This document shows, piece after piece, positions 28,726 to 37,264 of a DNA stretch of 64,000 nucleotides (position 1 is the stretch's first letter; every line of letters starts with the position of its first letter). Below the pieces are notes generated by a model. It worked only from the letters and a program-made list of their open reading frames with translations, was not told the DNA's origin and searched no databases. Both the position numbers and the translations under genes were made by a program. Source of the stretch: Desulfobulbaceae bacterium. Its GTDB lineage: Bacteria > Desulfobacterota > Desulfobulbia > Desulfobulbales > SURF-16. The stretch covers positions 65,407 to 129,406 of the forward strand of contig PKTX01000041.1 in the NCBI GenBank assembly GCA_002868945.1, read 5' to 3'.

Positions 28726-28899
28726 CTAGAACTCTTCGCTCATGACCCAGGTCCATTGGTCCAGGGGTTTGGGGGTGGATAGCGGTTTCGTGCCGTTACT
28801 GGTGTAGCATTGATAGACCCACTCGCCATTCTTGGTGAAAATTTTTATGACTCCTAGGTTGGGATGGTTGTACATGCCATCTCTGAATGGTCCGTCCAT
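28726..28899 (-). CDS. Candidate 57-aa small protein (below the track length cutoff)
   Basis: ATG 28899 is preceded by CAGGAGA 4 nt upstream. The product is MDGPFRDGMYNHPNLGVIKIFTKNGEWVYQCYTSNGTKPLSTPKPLDQWTWVMSEEF. The stop at 28726 lies just before the 28675-28707 terminator. Confidence 0.3.
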   Translation of the reverse strand: MDGPFRDGMYNHPNLGVIKIFTKNGEWVYQCYTSNGTKPLSTPKPLDQWTWVMSEEF

Positions 28900-29032
28900 A
28901 CATTCTCCTGCCTGTTTCTATTTTTTCTTGCCGCCTTGGAAAGGCTCATATGTGAACACGGGTTCATTGTAAGGGATAGAGGAGTGTTTTTGGTCAGGTT
29001 GAGGGAGTGAAAATCCTCCAGAAAAACGAAAA

Positions 29033-29536
29033 TCAGCCCTCTTCCTTTTCCAGGCATGTGGCAATGCATGCCGAGCAGTTGTCCCTGGTCTGGCCGCTGG
29101 CGCAGTAATCGCTGAAGCTCTTGATCCAGTCTGCCCCACCGCGTGGGCATTCTTCAACAAATTTCACAAAATTTATCATACGGTCGATGATTTTCCGTGG
29201 CGCCGCATGTTCGATGCGGCAGGCCCCTTCATCGGCGGTCTGCTCGTCAACGGCCAGGACCTTGATGAAAAAATCCTGCAGGGCCTGGTGGCGACGGATG
29301 ATGTCGGCGCTGACTTCCTCGCCCTTGTCGGTAAGGGTAATCACCTCATAGGGGGCATAGTTTATCAGCCCTTTTTTGGCCAGGGAGCGAAAGGCCTCGG
29401 TCACCGATGAACGGCTGACCTGCAGTTTGGCGGCGATTTCCTTGGCACGCGCCACCTGCTTTTCAGCAACTATATGGGCAATGACCTCAAGATAATCCTC
29501 CAGGCTGGCGCTGAGCTGTTCATCATCCTGTATCAT
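29033..29536 (-). CDS. DtxR/MntR-family metal-dependent transcriptional regulator with a Cys-rich C-terminus
   Basis: LEDYLEVIAHIVAEKQVARAKEIAAKLQVSRSSVTEAFRSLAKKGLI HTH and a dimerisation helix. The C-terminus ECPRGG...YCASGQTRDNCSACIATC replaces the usual SH3/FeoA-like end. The start at ATG 29536 follows GAGGAG. Confidence 0.8.
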   Translation of the reverse strand: MIQDDEQLSASLEDYLEVIAHIVAEKQVARAKEIAAKLQVSRSSVTEAFRSLAKKGLINYAPYEVITLTDKGEEVSADIIRRHQALQDFFIKVLAVDEQTADEGACRIEHAAPRKIIDRMINFVKFVEECPRGGADWIKSFSDYCASGQTRDNCSACIATCLEKEEG

Positions 29537-29727
29537 GGATTTCTCCTCTTCGTTGCACCATAACATCCTGATGTTATGAGCAGTTTGGCATTATAGTATT
29601 AACTTTACCTGTGCTTGCTGATAAATGCTATGATTTTGTCGGGAAATAAGCCTGACCGACAAGGGGTGGTGTTGCCCACACAGCCTCTTCGGGCCTGGAG
29701 ATCCGGCCTGATGAGCCGCTTAATTCC

Positions 29728-29756
29728 TTGCCAGGCGGCTCCCCTATTGCTATAAA
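29728..29756 (+). promoter_or_regulatory. Candidate promoter of the stand-alone pilin gene
   Basis: TTGCCA (29728-29733), a 17-nt spacer, and TATAAA (29751-29756). A sigma-54-like cGGCtc-N5-TTGCt (29736-29751) overlaps it. Confidence 0.4.
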
Positions 29757-29826
29757 TTGTTGAGAAGATTACCATGCACCATGAGGGAATATTGGCTATT
29801 CCGTTTAAAAAAAGAAAGGTGAAAGT

Positions 29827-30309
29827 ATGAATGACAAGGGTTTTACACTGATCGAACTGATCGTTATTATTGTTATCCTCGGTATCCTGGCGGTCACCGC
29901 CATTCCCAAGTATGTGGATATGAAGACAGAGGCCGAGGTCGCCGCTGCCGACGGCGTGTTCGGTGCTGCCCAGGGTGCCGCCACCATGAACTTTGCCGCC
30001 AGCTTGCTTGATAAAGCTGCTGCTGATAGGCCCGCCCACGGTGCTGCTCCTTGTGATACGGGCCTTGTTGCTAATGCCCAATGTCTAGCAAATGCTATGG
30101 AGGAGGTGCCGGCGGATTGGGCTGTTGAGACAACATCTGCGACGTGTGAGGTTGATGCCATTGCCTCTGGTGAGGCTGCCGGCGGTTGTATCTATAAGGA
30201 TGCAGATGGTTCTGGCGGAATTAACAGCGGCGATTATGTTATTGCCGTTCAAACTGTTGAGGCGGCAGGGCCGCCTGCTGTGAAGGCAAAATTGAAAAAG
30301 AGCTGGTAA
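29827..30309 (+). CDS. Type IV pilin (prepilin with N-terminal methylation motif)
   Basis: MNDKG/FTLIELIVIIVILGILAVTAIPKY, with a 5-aa leader and 4 Cys in the C-terminal half. Confidence 0.85.
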   Translation: MNDKGFTLIELIVIIVILGILAVTAIPKYVDMKTEAEVAAADGVFGAAQGAATMNFAASLLDKAAADRPAHGAAPCDTGLVANAQCLANAMEEVPADWAVETTSATCEVDAIASGEAAGGCIYKDADGSGGINSGDYVIAVQTVEAAGPPAVKAKLKKSW

Positions 30310-30324
30310 GTACCATACGAAATT

Positions 30325-30380
30325 CCTGCAAAAAAAGAGGGGAGAGGCATGTGATTGCCTCTCCCCTCTTTTTTTGCAGG
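30325..30380. terminator. 25-bp perfect hairpin, bidirectional terminator
   Basis: CCTGCAAAAAAAGAGGGGAGAGGCA-TGTGAT-TGCCTCTCCCCTCTTTTTTTGCAGG lies between the convergent pilin and mshG-like genes. Confidence 0.7.
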
Positions 30381-30409
30381 AATGCATAAGGGCTTAATTG
30401 GCAAAGGAA

Positions 30410-31654
30410 TCAGCCCCCCCGCATGACCTCCATCATCGACCACATGGGGGTGAAGATGGCCAGGGCGATGAAGCCCACCATGATACCCATGAAGAGTAAG
30501 AGGAGGGGCTCGATGAGGGTGGCGAGGTTCTTGATGGTGTAATCGGTCTCTGTGTCGTAATAGTCGGCCACCTTCTCCATCATCTCATCCGTGCGGCCCG
30601 ATTCCACCCCGACACTGACCATCTGGGTCACCATGTCCGGAAAGAGGGGCTGGTGGCTCATGGCCTCATCCAGGGCCACGCCGTCCGCCACCTCGGCGGA
30701 AATGGCCGCCAGTTGATCGCGCAGGATAAGGTTTTCAAGGGCGGCAGAGGAGAGGGTCAGGGTCTTGATAATATCGACGCCGCTTCTGGTCAAAACCGCA
30801 AAGACCCGGCTGAAACGGGCCATGTAGATCTTGACGTGGAGCGGCCCGAAGACGGGTAGCCGTATGAGGATCGTATCACGCAGGTGCACCACCTGACGAT
30901 ATTGCAGGCCCATCCGGTAGAGCAGGACAAGACCCACCACCAGGGCGATGATCAGGATATTATAGCTGGCAAAGAAGTTACTCATGCCGATGAGCAGGCG
31001 TGTGGCAAAGGGCAGTTCTACCTTGGCCATGGAGAAGAGGGCGACAAATTTGGGCACTACATAGCTCATCAGAAAGAAGACCGCTGCCAGCAGGGCACCG
31101 ATGACAATCTTCGGATAGCGGGTGGCGGCCTTGATCCGTTCGCGAATCTCTTTCTCGTTTTCGAGCAGGTCCGCCATATAGCTGAAGGAGGAGTCCAGGT
31201 TGCCCGATTCCTCACCCACCTTGACTATATTTCTGTAGAGCACGGAGAAAACCTTGGGGTGCTCTGCAAAGGCGTCGCTGAGGCTCTCACCCTGTTCAAT
31301 GGCACTGCGGATCTCCATAACAACCTGACGCAGCACGGGGTTGGAGAGTTGTTTGCCCAGAATGGTCAGGGTGCGCAGCATGTCGACGCCGGCCGTCAAC
31401 AGGGTGGCGCATTGCCGACAGAAGAGGATGTGGTCTTCCAGGCGGATGCCCAACCACCTGTCGAGAAAGGTGACGCCTTTTGCCCTGACCTTGTGGGCAG
31501 CGCCATTGCGGCCCTGTCCCGCCACCCCAACCGTCACCGGCGTGAGGTGCTGGCTCGTCAGCCACTGTTCAACATCCTTGAGCAGCTCCGCCTCGTGGGT
31601 ACCCTGTTTGGTCAGGCCGCGGCTGTCTATGGCTTCATAGTAAAAGAGGGGCAT
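30410..31654 (-). CDS. mshG: Type II secretion/type IV pilus platform protein (GspF/PilC/MshG family)
   Basis: 414 aa with duplicated T2SSF domains and three transmembrane regions. It sits directly downstream of the MshE-like ATPase. Confidence 0.88.
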   Translation of the reverse strand: MPLFYYEAIDSRGLTKQGTHEAELLKDVEQWLTSQHLTPVTVGVAGQGRNGAAHKVRAKGVTFLDRWLGIRLEDHILFCRQCATLLTAGVDMLRTLTILGKQLSNPVLRQVVMEIRSAIEQGESLSDAFAEHPKVFSVLYRNIVKVGEESGNLDSSFSYMADLLENEKEIRERIKAATRYPKIVIGALLAAVFFLMSYVVPKFVALFSMAKVELPFATRLLIGMSNFFASYNILIIALVVGLVLLYRMGLQYRQVVHLRDTILIRLPVFGPLHVKIYMARFSRVFAVLTRSGVDIIKTLTLSSAALENLILRDQLAAISAEVADGVALDEAMSHQPLFPDMVTQMVSVGVESGRTDEMMEKVADYYDTETDYTIKNLATLIEPLLLLFMGIMVGFIALAIFTPMWSMMEVMRGG

Positions 31655-31657
31655 GTC

Positions 31658-33289
31658 TTATTCCCTCAGCTCCAGAGAGAGGCGCAGTACCTCATCCAGG
31701 GAGGTGACACCGCTTAACACCTTGGCGAGGCCGGCCCGACGCAGGTCCTTGAAGCCCTGGCGCTGCGCCTGCCGGGCGATTTCCCGGGAAGTGGCGCGTT
31801 CCATGATCAGTTTTTCAATATCGGTGGAGAGCTCCAGTATCTCGTAAATGGCGGTCCTGCCCCGATAGCCGGAGTTGTCACACTGGGGGCAACCCTGCGG
31901 TCGGTAGATGATCAGGTCATCGGTGGGCGTGTCGGGAAAGAGTTTGCTGATGGCCGGCGTGATTTCCTGGGGGCTCTTGCAGGCCGGACAGAGGCGGCGC
32001 GGCAGGCGTTGGGCCAGGACAAGGCCCAGGGAGGAGGCGATGAGAAAGGGCGGGATACCCATGTCAATAAGGCGGGTCACGGCCCCGCAGGCATCATTGG
32101 TGTGCAGGGTGGAAAGGACCAGGTGGCCGGTGAGGGCGGCCTGAATGGCAATCTCCGCGGTCTCCACGTCCCGGATTTCGCCGATCATGACAATATCGGG
32201 GTCCTGGCGCAGAATGGAGCGCAGGGCGGAGACAAAGGTGAGGTTGGCCTTGAGGTTGACCTGCACTTGATTGACGCCGGGCAGGTCATACTCCACCGGA
32301 TCTTCAACCGTGATAATATTCTTTTCCGGGCTGTTGATCTTGTTGAGTGCCCCGTAAAGAGTGGTGGTCTTGCCGCTGCCGGTGGGGCCGGTGACCAGGA
32401 TGATTTCGTGCGGCATGGCCAGGTGGTGACGGAAGATCTTTTCCTGCTCAGGCTCGAAACCAAGCTCGCTGAGATTGATCTGGACCTTACTCTTGTCCAG
32501 CAGGCGCATGACCACCTTTTCCCCCTTGCGCAGGGGAAGAATGGACACCCTGATGTCGAATTCCCTGCCAGAGATGGGCAGCTCGATACGGCCGTCCTGC
32601 GGCTTGCGGCGTTCACCGATATCGAGCTGACTCATGATCTTGATGCGGGAGATGAGGTTGGGGTGCATCTCCAGGGGATAGGAGCGGATATTGTGCAAGA
32701 CGCCATCGATGCGGCAGCGGACCCGCACCTCCTGGAGGTCCGGCTCAATGTGGATATCACTGGCCTCCCGGCGCACCGCTTGGATGAGAATGTCGTTGAT
32801 GGCGGCCACGGCCTCGCTTTCGTCCGCCTCGCCGTTCTGGTCGCCGCTGCTCTGACCGCTCAGGGCGGCATATTGCTGGTCAATGGTCCGGGCCAGCAGA
32901 GAGTCTATGGCCACACACGGCACCAGGGTGGCATTGATATGGGCGGAAACCGCATCAATGGCAAAGATGTTGAGGGGATCGGCCAGGGCCACCAGGATCT
33001 CCCCGGGCCGCTTGCCGATGGCCAGGACCTTGTTCTTGCGGGCGACATTCTCGGGGATGGTGGCCACCACCTCCGGATCAAGGACGATTTTGTTGAGATC
33101 CACATAGGGGATCTGCAGCTGGCGTGACAGGGTGTGGGCCACCGCCTCCTCGGTGACAAAACCCAGATCAACCAGGGCCTGCCCCAGTTTGATATCGTTT
33201 TCGCGGCCGAATTTGAGGGCCTGGCCCAACTGGGTCTCCGTGATCAGGCCGCCGTCAACCAATATGTCGCCGAAACGTTTTTTTGCCAT
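31658..33289 (-). CDS. mshE: GspE/PilB-family assembly ATPase with an MshEN-type N-terminal domain
   Basis: GPTGSGKTT Walker A, Asp and His boxes, and a tetracysteine CPAC...CPQC. The N-terminus carries the tandem motifs RFGDILVDGGLITETQLGQAL and KLGQALVDLGFVTEEAVAHTLSRQ. Confidence 0.92.
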   Translation of the reverse strand: MAKKRFGDILVDGGLITETQLGQALKFGRENDIKLGQALVDLGFVTEEAVAHTLSRQLQIPYVDLNKIVLDPEVVATIPENVARKNKVLAIGKRPGEILVALADPLNIFAIDAVSAHINATLVPCVAIDSLLARTIDQQYAALSGQSSGDQNGEADESEAVAAINDILIQAVRREASDIHIEPDLQEVRVRCRIDGVLHNIRSYPLEMHPNLISRIKIMSQLDIGERRKPQDGRIELPISGREFDIRVSILPLRKGEKVVMRLLDKSKVQINLSELGFEPEQEKIFRHHLAMPHEIILVTGPTGSGKTTTLYGALNKINSPEKNIITVEDPVEYDLPGVNQVQVNLKANLTFVSALRSILRQDPDIVMIGEIRDVETAEIAIQAALTGHLVLSTLHTNDACGAVTRLIDMGIPPFLIASSLGLVLAQRLPRRLCPACKSPQEITPAISKLFPDTPTDDLIIYRPQGCPQCDNSGYRGRTAIYEILELSTDIEKLIMERATSREIARQAQRQGFKDLRRAGLAKVLSGVTSLDEVLRLSLELRE

Positions 33290-33318
33290 AGCTTACCAGC
33301 TGTCAGGAAGAGGTTGTC

Positions 33319-34176
33319 TCATGAGGCGGGCCTGCCGAACCGGCCCCGGAAGCCGGCAAGGGGCGCCATGTCAAGGGAGGTCGCGGCATCCTTGATGCTC
33401 TTTTTGTCAATATGCTGTTTGCCGGCGGCATATGACATGAGCAGGGCCCGTGACATCAGTTTGTTGATCAGGCGGGGCGTGCCCCTGGTGTAGCGATAAA
33501 CCATCTTGGTGACCCGGGCCGGCGGCGTCAGGTCGGCCCGGCCCACCCGATTAAGGCGGAAATTGATATAGGCGGTCATCTCGGCGGCGGACAGGGGCTG
33601 CAGGGTCTCGGAAATGGTAATACGCTGCCGGAGCTGGCGCAGCGATGGTCTGTAGATCTTTTCCCTCAGCTCGGGCTGGCCTACAAGAAGAATCTGCATG
33701 AGCTTCTCCTTGTCCGTCTCAAAATTCGATAAGAGGCGCAGCTGTTCAATGGACTCTTCCGGCAGGCTCTGGGCCTCGTCAATGATCACCAGGAGCCGTT
33801 TGCCTGCGGGGTTGCGGCGCACCAGATAGTCGTAAATTTTCTGGAACAGGGCCGGGGCGCTCTGGTCGCTCTCCTGCCGGGAAAGGGCGTTCAGATCCTG
33901 CAGGATGGCAAAGAGCAGGTCGCGGGGCGTCAGTTGCGGCGCAATAATATAGGCGGTGTCGTAACGGTTGTGCAGATAGCTCCCCAGTTTGCGCAACAGC
34001 ATGGTCTTGCCGGTGCCCACCTCGCCATAGATGATGAGAAAACCTTCGCCACTTTCCAGGCCGTAGCGGATAACCTCGGCCACGGCCGCGTGGGCCCGGG
34101 AGGGGAAGAAAAAATCCCGGTCAGGAGTGAGGCGAAAAGGCTCTTCCTGTATGCCGAAAAAATGCAGGTGGTTCAT
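33319..34176 (-). CDS. mshM: ExeA/MshM-like AAA ATPase
   Basis: FGIQEEPFRLTPDRDFFFPS N-terminus, GEVGTGKT Walker A and IIDEAQ Walker B. Confidence 0.8.
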   Translation of the reverse strand: MNHLHFFGIQEEPFRLTPDRDFFFPSRAHAAVAEVIRYGLESGEGFLIIYGEVGTGKTMLLRKLGSYLHNRYDTAYIIAPQLTPRDLLFAILQDLNALSRQESDQSAPALFQKIYDYLVRRNPAGKRLLVIIDEAQSLPEESIEQLRLLSNFETDKEKLMQILLVGQPELREKIYRPSLRQLRQRITISETLQPLSAAEMTAYINFRLNRVGRADLTPPARVTKMVYRYTRGTPRLINKLMSRALLMSYAAGKQHIDKKSIKDAATSLDMAPLAGFRGRFGRPAS

Positions 34177-35558
34177 GGCTCCGGGCTGCTTTTCTTTTTC
34201 TTCTTGTGGGTCTCGGGTCTAAATTCCTTATGGACATTATCGCTTAAGGCCTCATCGACAAGCCCCTGGCGCTCTCTGGCCTGGGCAGCCATGCTCTCCA
34301 TGGAAACAATGGTCGGGGTCAGGAAGATCATCAACTCATAGTTTTCCAGACTGCTCTCCTTGTTCTTGAAGAGATTGCCGAGAATGGGCAGGCTGGCCAG
34401 GCCGGGCACGCGGCCCTTGTTGAGATCCTCGCCGCTGACATGGATGCCGCCGATAACCACGGTGACCTGATCTTCCAGAAAGAGATTGGTGGTGATTTCC
34501 TGCCGGTTGATGAGGGGTTCACCATCCACGGCCGAGGATTGGTCGATACTGTCGTTGGTTACATTGACATCCAGGTTGACAAAGCGGGTCTTGATAATGC
34601 GGGGGGTCACCTTGAGGCTGAGGTTGGCCTCGCGGAACTCGGTGTTGATCACATCGCCGGACTGCGAGGTATAGGGCACCTCCTTGCCCTGTTTGATCTC
34701 CGCCTCATGGCCGTCAAGGACCAGCAGGGAGGGGGTGGAGAGGACGTGCAGCAGATTGTCCTGGGCCATGGCCTGCAGATCGATGTTGAGGTTCATGTTG
34801 TCCCATATAAAACCGATATTCATGGCCGTGGTGGCCGCGGAAACACCGAGGTCCGAGATAATGGAGACCGGTTTGCTTTTGGTGGCCAGGATCAGGTCGT
34901 TGCCGTAGTTCTGGTAGCCCCAGCGGATACCGAGCTGTTCCTTGCCCTCCTTGCTGATTACCACCACCCGCGCCTCAATGTGGACCTGCGGGGTGGGCCG
35001 GTCGATCTGGCTCAGCATTGCCTTGATTTCGCTGACGTTCTGCTGCTGGTCTTTGATGATCAGGCAGCTGTCGTTATTGGTTGCCGTGATAATGCCCTGG
35101 TCGCTGAGCAGGTGGTCAAGCTGGCCCTTGAGTTTGCTGCTGTTGCCGTAATCGGTGCAGACCCGGGCCATGGTAATGCCCTTGCGTGTCTTTTTGTAGC
35201 TCTCCCGGCTTTCCACAAGAATGGCGCTGTTGCTCTCCGAGTAGTGCAGGTCCTTGGCCCGCATGACCAGCTCAAAGACCTCGTAGAGGGTGACATTATC
35301 CATCTCAAAAGAGATGGTGTCGGTAATGGCATCGGCAACGTAGATGTTGATGCCCGCCTGCCGGCCGATGGCGCGCAGCAGGGTGGAGACCTCCAGGTCT
35401 TCACACTGCAGGGAGGCGGGAAAGTCACGTAACCTCTCCACCAGAACATGCTGATCCTCCTTGTTTTGGGCCTGGGCCCAAGGCGGCAGGAGTTGGCAAA
35501 AGAGAAGGGCCACAACAAGGCAGGCGCCGAGCAGGTAGGGGGATTTGAAATGTGTCAT
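34173..35558 (-). CDS. mshL: Secretin (MshL/PilQ/GspD family)
   Basis: Signal peptide and a C-terminal secretin domain (VPYTSQSG..., VPGLASLPILGNLFKNK, ELMIFLTPTIV). Confidence 0.88.
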   Translation of the reverse strand: MTHFKSPYLLGACLVVALLFCQLLPPWAQAQNKEDQHVLVERLRDFPASLQCEDLEVSTLLRAIGRQAGINIYVADAITDTISFEMDNVTLYEVFELVMRAKDLHYSESNSAILVESRESYKKTRKGITMARVCTDYGNSSKLKGQLDHLLSDQGIITATNNDSCLIIKDQQQNVSEIKAMLSQIDRPTPQVHIEARVVVISKEGKEQLGIRWGYQNYGNDLILATKSKPVSIISDLGVSAATTAMNIGFIWDNMNLNIDLQAMAQDNLLHVLSTPSLLVLDGHEAEIKQGKEVPYTSQSGDVINTEFREANLSLKVTPRIIKTRFVNLDVNVTNDSIDQSSAVDGEPLINRQEITTNLFLEDQVTVVIGGIHVSGEDLNKGRVPGLASLPILGNLFKNKESSLENYELMIFLTPTIVSMESMAAQARERQGLVDEALSDNVHKEFRPETHKKKKKSSPEP

Positions 35559-36031
35559 TGGGCCTTATCCCTGGCAGCCGGTCGGCCGCCGAAGTCTATA
35601 TCAAGAGTGTCAAATTGCATGGTGTGGCTCCGGGCTTTTTTCGTCAACAAGACCCTTGTTGCCGTGATCTCGGTGATAAGGGCGCCATCCACCATGTCAC
35701 CCACCTTTACCAGCTGGTCATTGATCACTGCCTGGGGAGTGCCGGTGGGGCTCCAGAGAATGGCCTGCAGAATGAAATCAACAAAAATATCCTGCTCTGC
35801 CTCGGCCACCTGTTTGAGACGAATACGCCGACTATCCGGCCAGTTAAAGGGATCACGCTGAGGCAGGTCGCTGTTGGTCAGCCTGCCGGCGGGGGGAAGT
35901 TCCAGCAGCTCCAGGGTGGCGGCCCTTGCCGCCGGCAGCGGCCAGAAAGGGCTGCCAAGCAGCAGGAGCGCCAGGCCGACAGCGGCCCGGCCCCCTAAAC
36001 TCTTTGTGGGGCGTGTCGTCTTACAGGCCAT
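35555..36031 (-). CDS. MshK-like pilus biogenesis protein (tentative)
   Basis: Small secreted protein located between the PilO-like gene and the secretin. The start was taken at ATG 36031 (MACKTTRP...), which overlaps the upstream stop. Confidence 0.45.
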   Translation of the reverse strand: MACKTTRPTKSLGGRAAVGLALLLLGSPFWPLPAARAATLELLELPPAGRLTNSDLPQRDPFNWPDSRRIRLKQVAEAEQDIFVDFILQAILWSPTGTPQAVINDQLVKVGDMVDGALITEITATRVLLTKKARSHTMQFDTLDIDFGGRPAARDKAQ

Positions 36032-36701
36032 CTCTTGCCTCCAGGCGACCCAGGTCCACCTGAAAATCCACCAGGCTTTTTTCTGTCGGGTCAGCGGCAT
36101 GGGCCGTCAGTTCGATTCCATCAAGAAGGCCGATTTCCGGACTCTTTTCCAAAAAGGAGAGATAGAGAAAAAAGTTCTCAAAATAACTGCGGCCCTGCAA
36201 ACGGACGGGATGAAAGGTAAATTCCTCCATGGATCTGCTCTCTTTGCGGCTCATCTTGAGCAGGTCAGGCTGAATATCCACCGGTGCCGAGCCGGTCAGG
36301 GTGAAGATGACTTGATGAAAGCGATCTTCATTGCCCTGGTGCTGCCACTGTTCCCGTAATAATTGTTCCTGCAGGGTCAGTATCTCCAGGGTCTGATCCT
36401 TTTGCCGGATTTCTCCGGCCAGTTTGAGAAGATGGCCGGCAAGAAGATCGGTCTGACCGACAACGGCCTGGGCTTCAATGTCGCGGATGTTGGCCTGCCT
36501 CTTGTGGATTTTGTCCTGGCGTGGCGCAACCAGCAGGACAAAGGCTCCATAGGCACAGGCCAGGCCGATGAGCAGGGTGAGGAACAGTTGCCTGACCTGT
36601 TGGGCCAGTTCCGGGTCGGCCCGCATGACAAGGTAGCCTTTCTTGAGGATGCCCGGTATTTCTTGGAGTGTACGTGTCATATTTTCGTAGAAAAATGTCA
36701 A
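36021..36701 (-). CDS. PilO/MshJ-like pilus assembly protein
   Basis: One N-terminal transmembrane segment followed by a coiled coil. Called by position after the PilN-like gene, with a 4-nt overlap. Confidence 0.6.
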   Translation of the reverse strand: MTFFYENMTRTLQEIPGILKKGYLVMRADPELAQQVRQLFLTLLIGLACAYGAFVLLVAPRQDKIHKRQANIRDIEAQAVVGQTDLLAGHLLKLAGEIRQKDQTLEILTLQEQLLREQWQHQGNEDRFHQVIFTLTGSAPVDIQPDLLKMSRKESRSMEEFTFHPVRLQGRSYFENFFLYLSFLEKSPEIGLLDGIELTAHAADPTEKSLVDFQVDLGRLEARDGL

Positions 36702-37255
36702 GTAAGGCGCATCTGGATGGTGAACTCAATACGTTCCTGGTCCTTGTCCGTGGACCGGTCCGTCACGGTGAGGGAGACATTGGCGAAGACGCTCAAGGCC
36801 TGCATGTGATGTATCATGTCAACCAGATCGTTATAGTCAAGGGCCGTGCCCTGTATCTCGCCGCTATTGCCGGTAAAGGTCAAGCTGCGCAGGCGTACCG
36901 AATCGGGCACCAGGGCGGCGATGTGGCGTAAGGGCCGGCTGAACCTTTTTTTATGGGCGCCGATCTTGGTAAGACCGGCAATGTCGGTATTTTTCCGGCG
37001 GATGGCATTGTCCTTGTCCTGCAGATTTTTTTTGAGTCGGGCAACCTGACTGCTCAATTCGGTGGCTTGATCGGCCTGGGTTTCCAGGTGGACAATCTGT
37101 TTATTGAGGTCGGTCAGGCGACCGTTGAGGAGCTGGATCCAGACAACAAAAAACAGGGTGAGCAGGGCAGCCATGCCCACAAAGAGAATGGGGATCAGGT
37201 GCTTGATCCGGTCGGCCAGGGGTTTTTGGGGGATCAGATTGATACGTTGTTGCAT
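36698..37255 (-). CDS. PilN-like fimbrial assembly protein
   Basis: MQQRINLIPQKP N-terminus, a single transmembrane segment, and a coiled coil. Confidence 0.7.
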   Translation of the reverse strand: MQQRINLIPQKPLADRIKHLIPILFVGMAALLTLFFVVWIQLLNGRLTDLNKQIVHLETQADQATELSSQVARLKKNLQDKDNAIRRKNTDIAGLTKIGAHKKRFSRPLRHIAALVPDSVRLRSLTFTGNSGEIQGTALDYNDLVDMIHHMQALSVFANVSLTVTDRSTDKDQERIEFTIQMRLT

Positions 37256-37264
37256 TCTCTTCCT

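Noticed and set aside
29827-30309. I considered whether the stand-alone pilin could be a conductive e-pilin of the Geobacter type or a cable-bacterium fibre component.
   Set aside because: At 160 aa it has a full globular C-terminal domain with two likely disulfides and few aromatic residues. It is not a truncated, aromatic-dense pilin. The organism's identity is also unknown.
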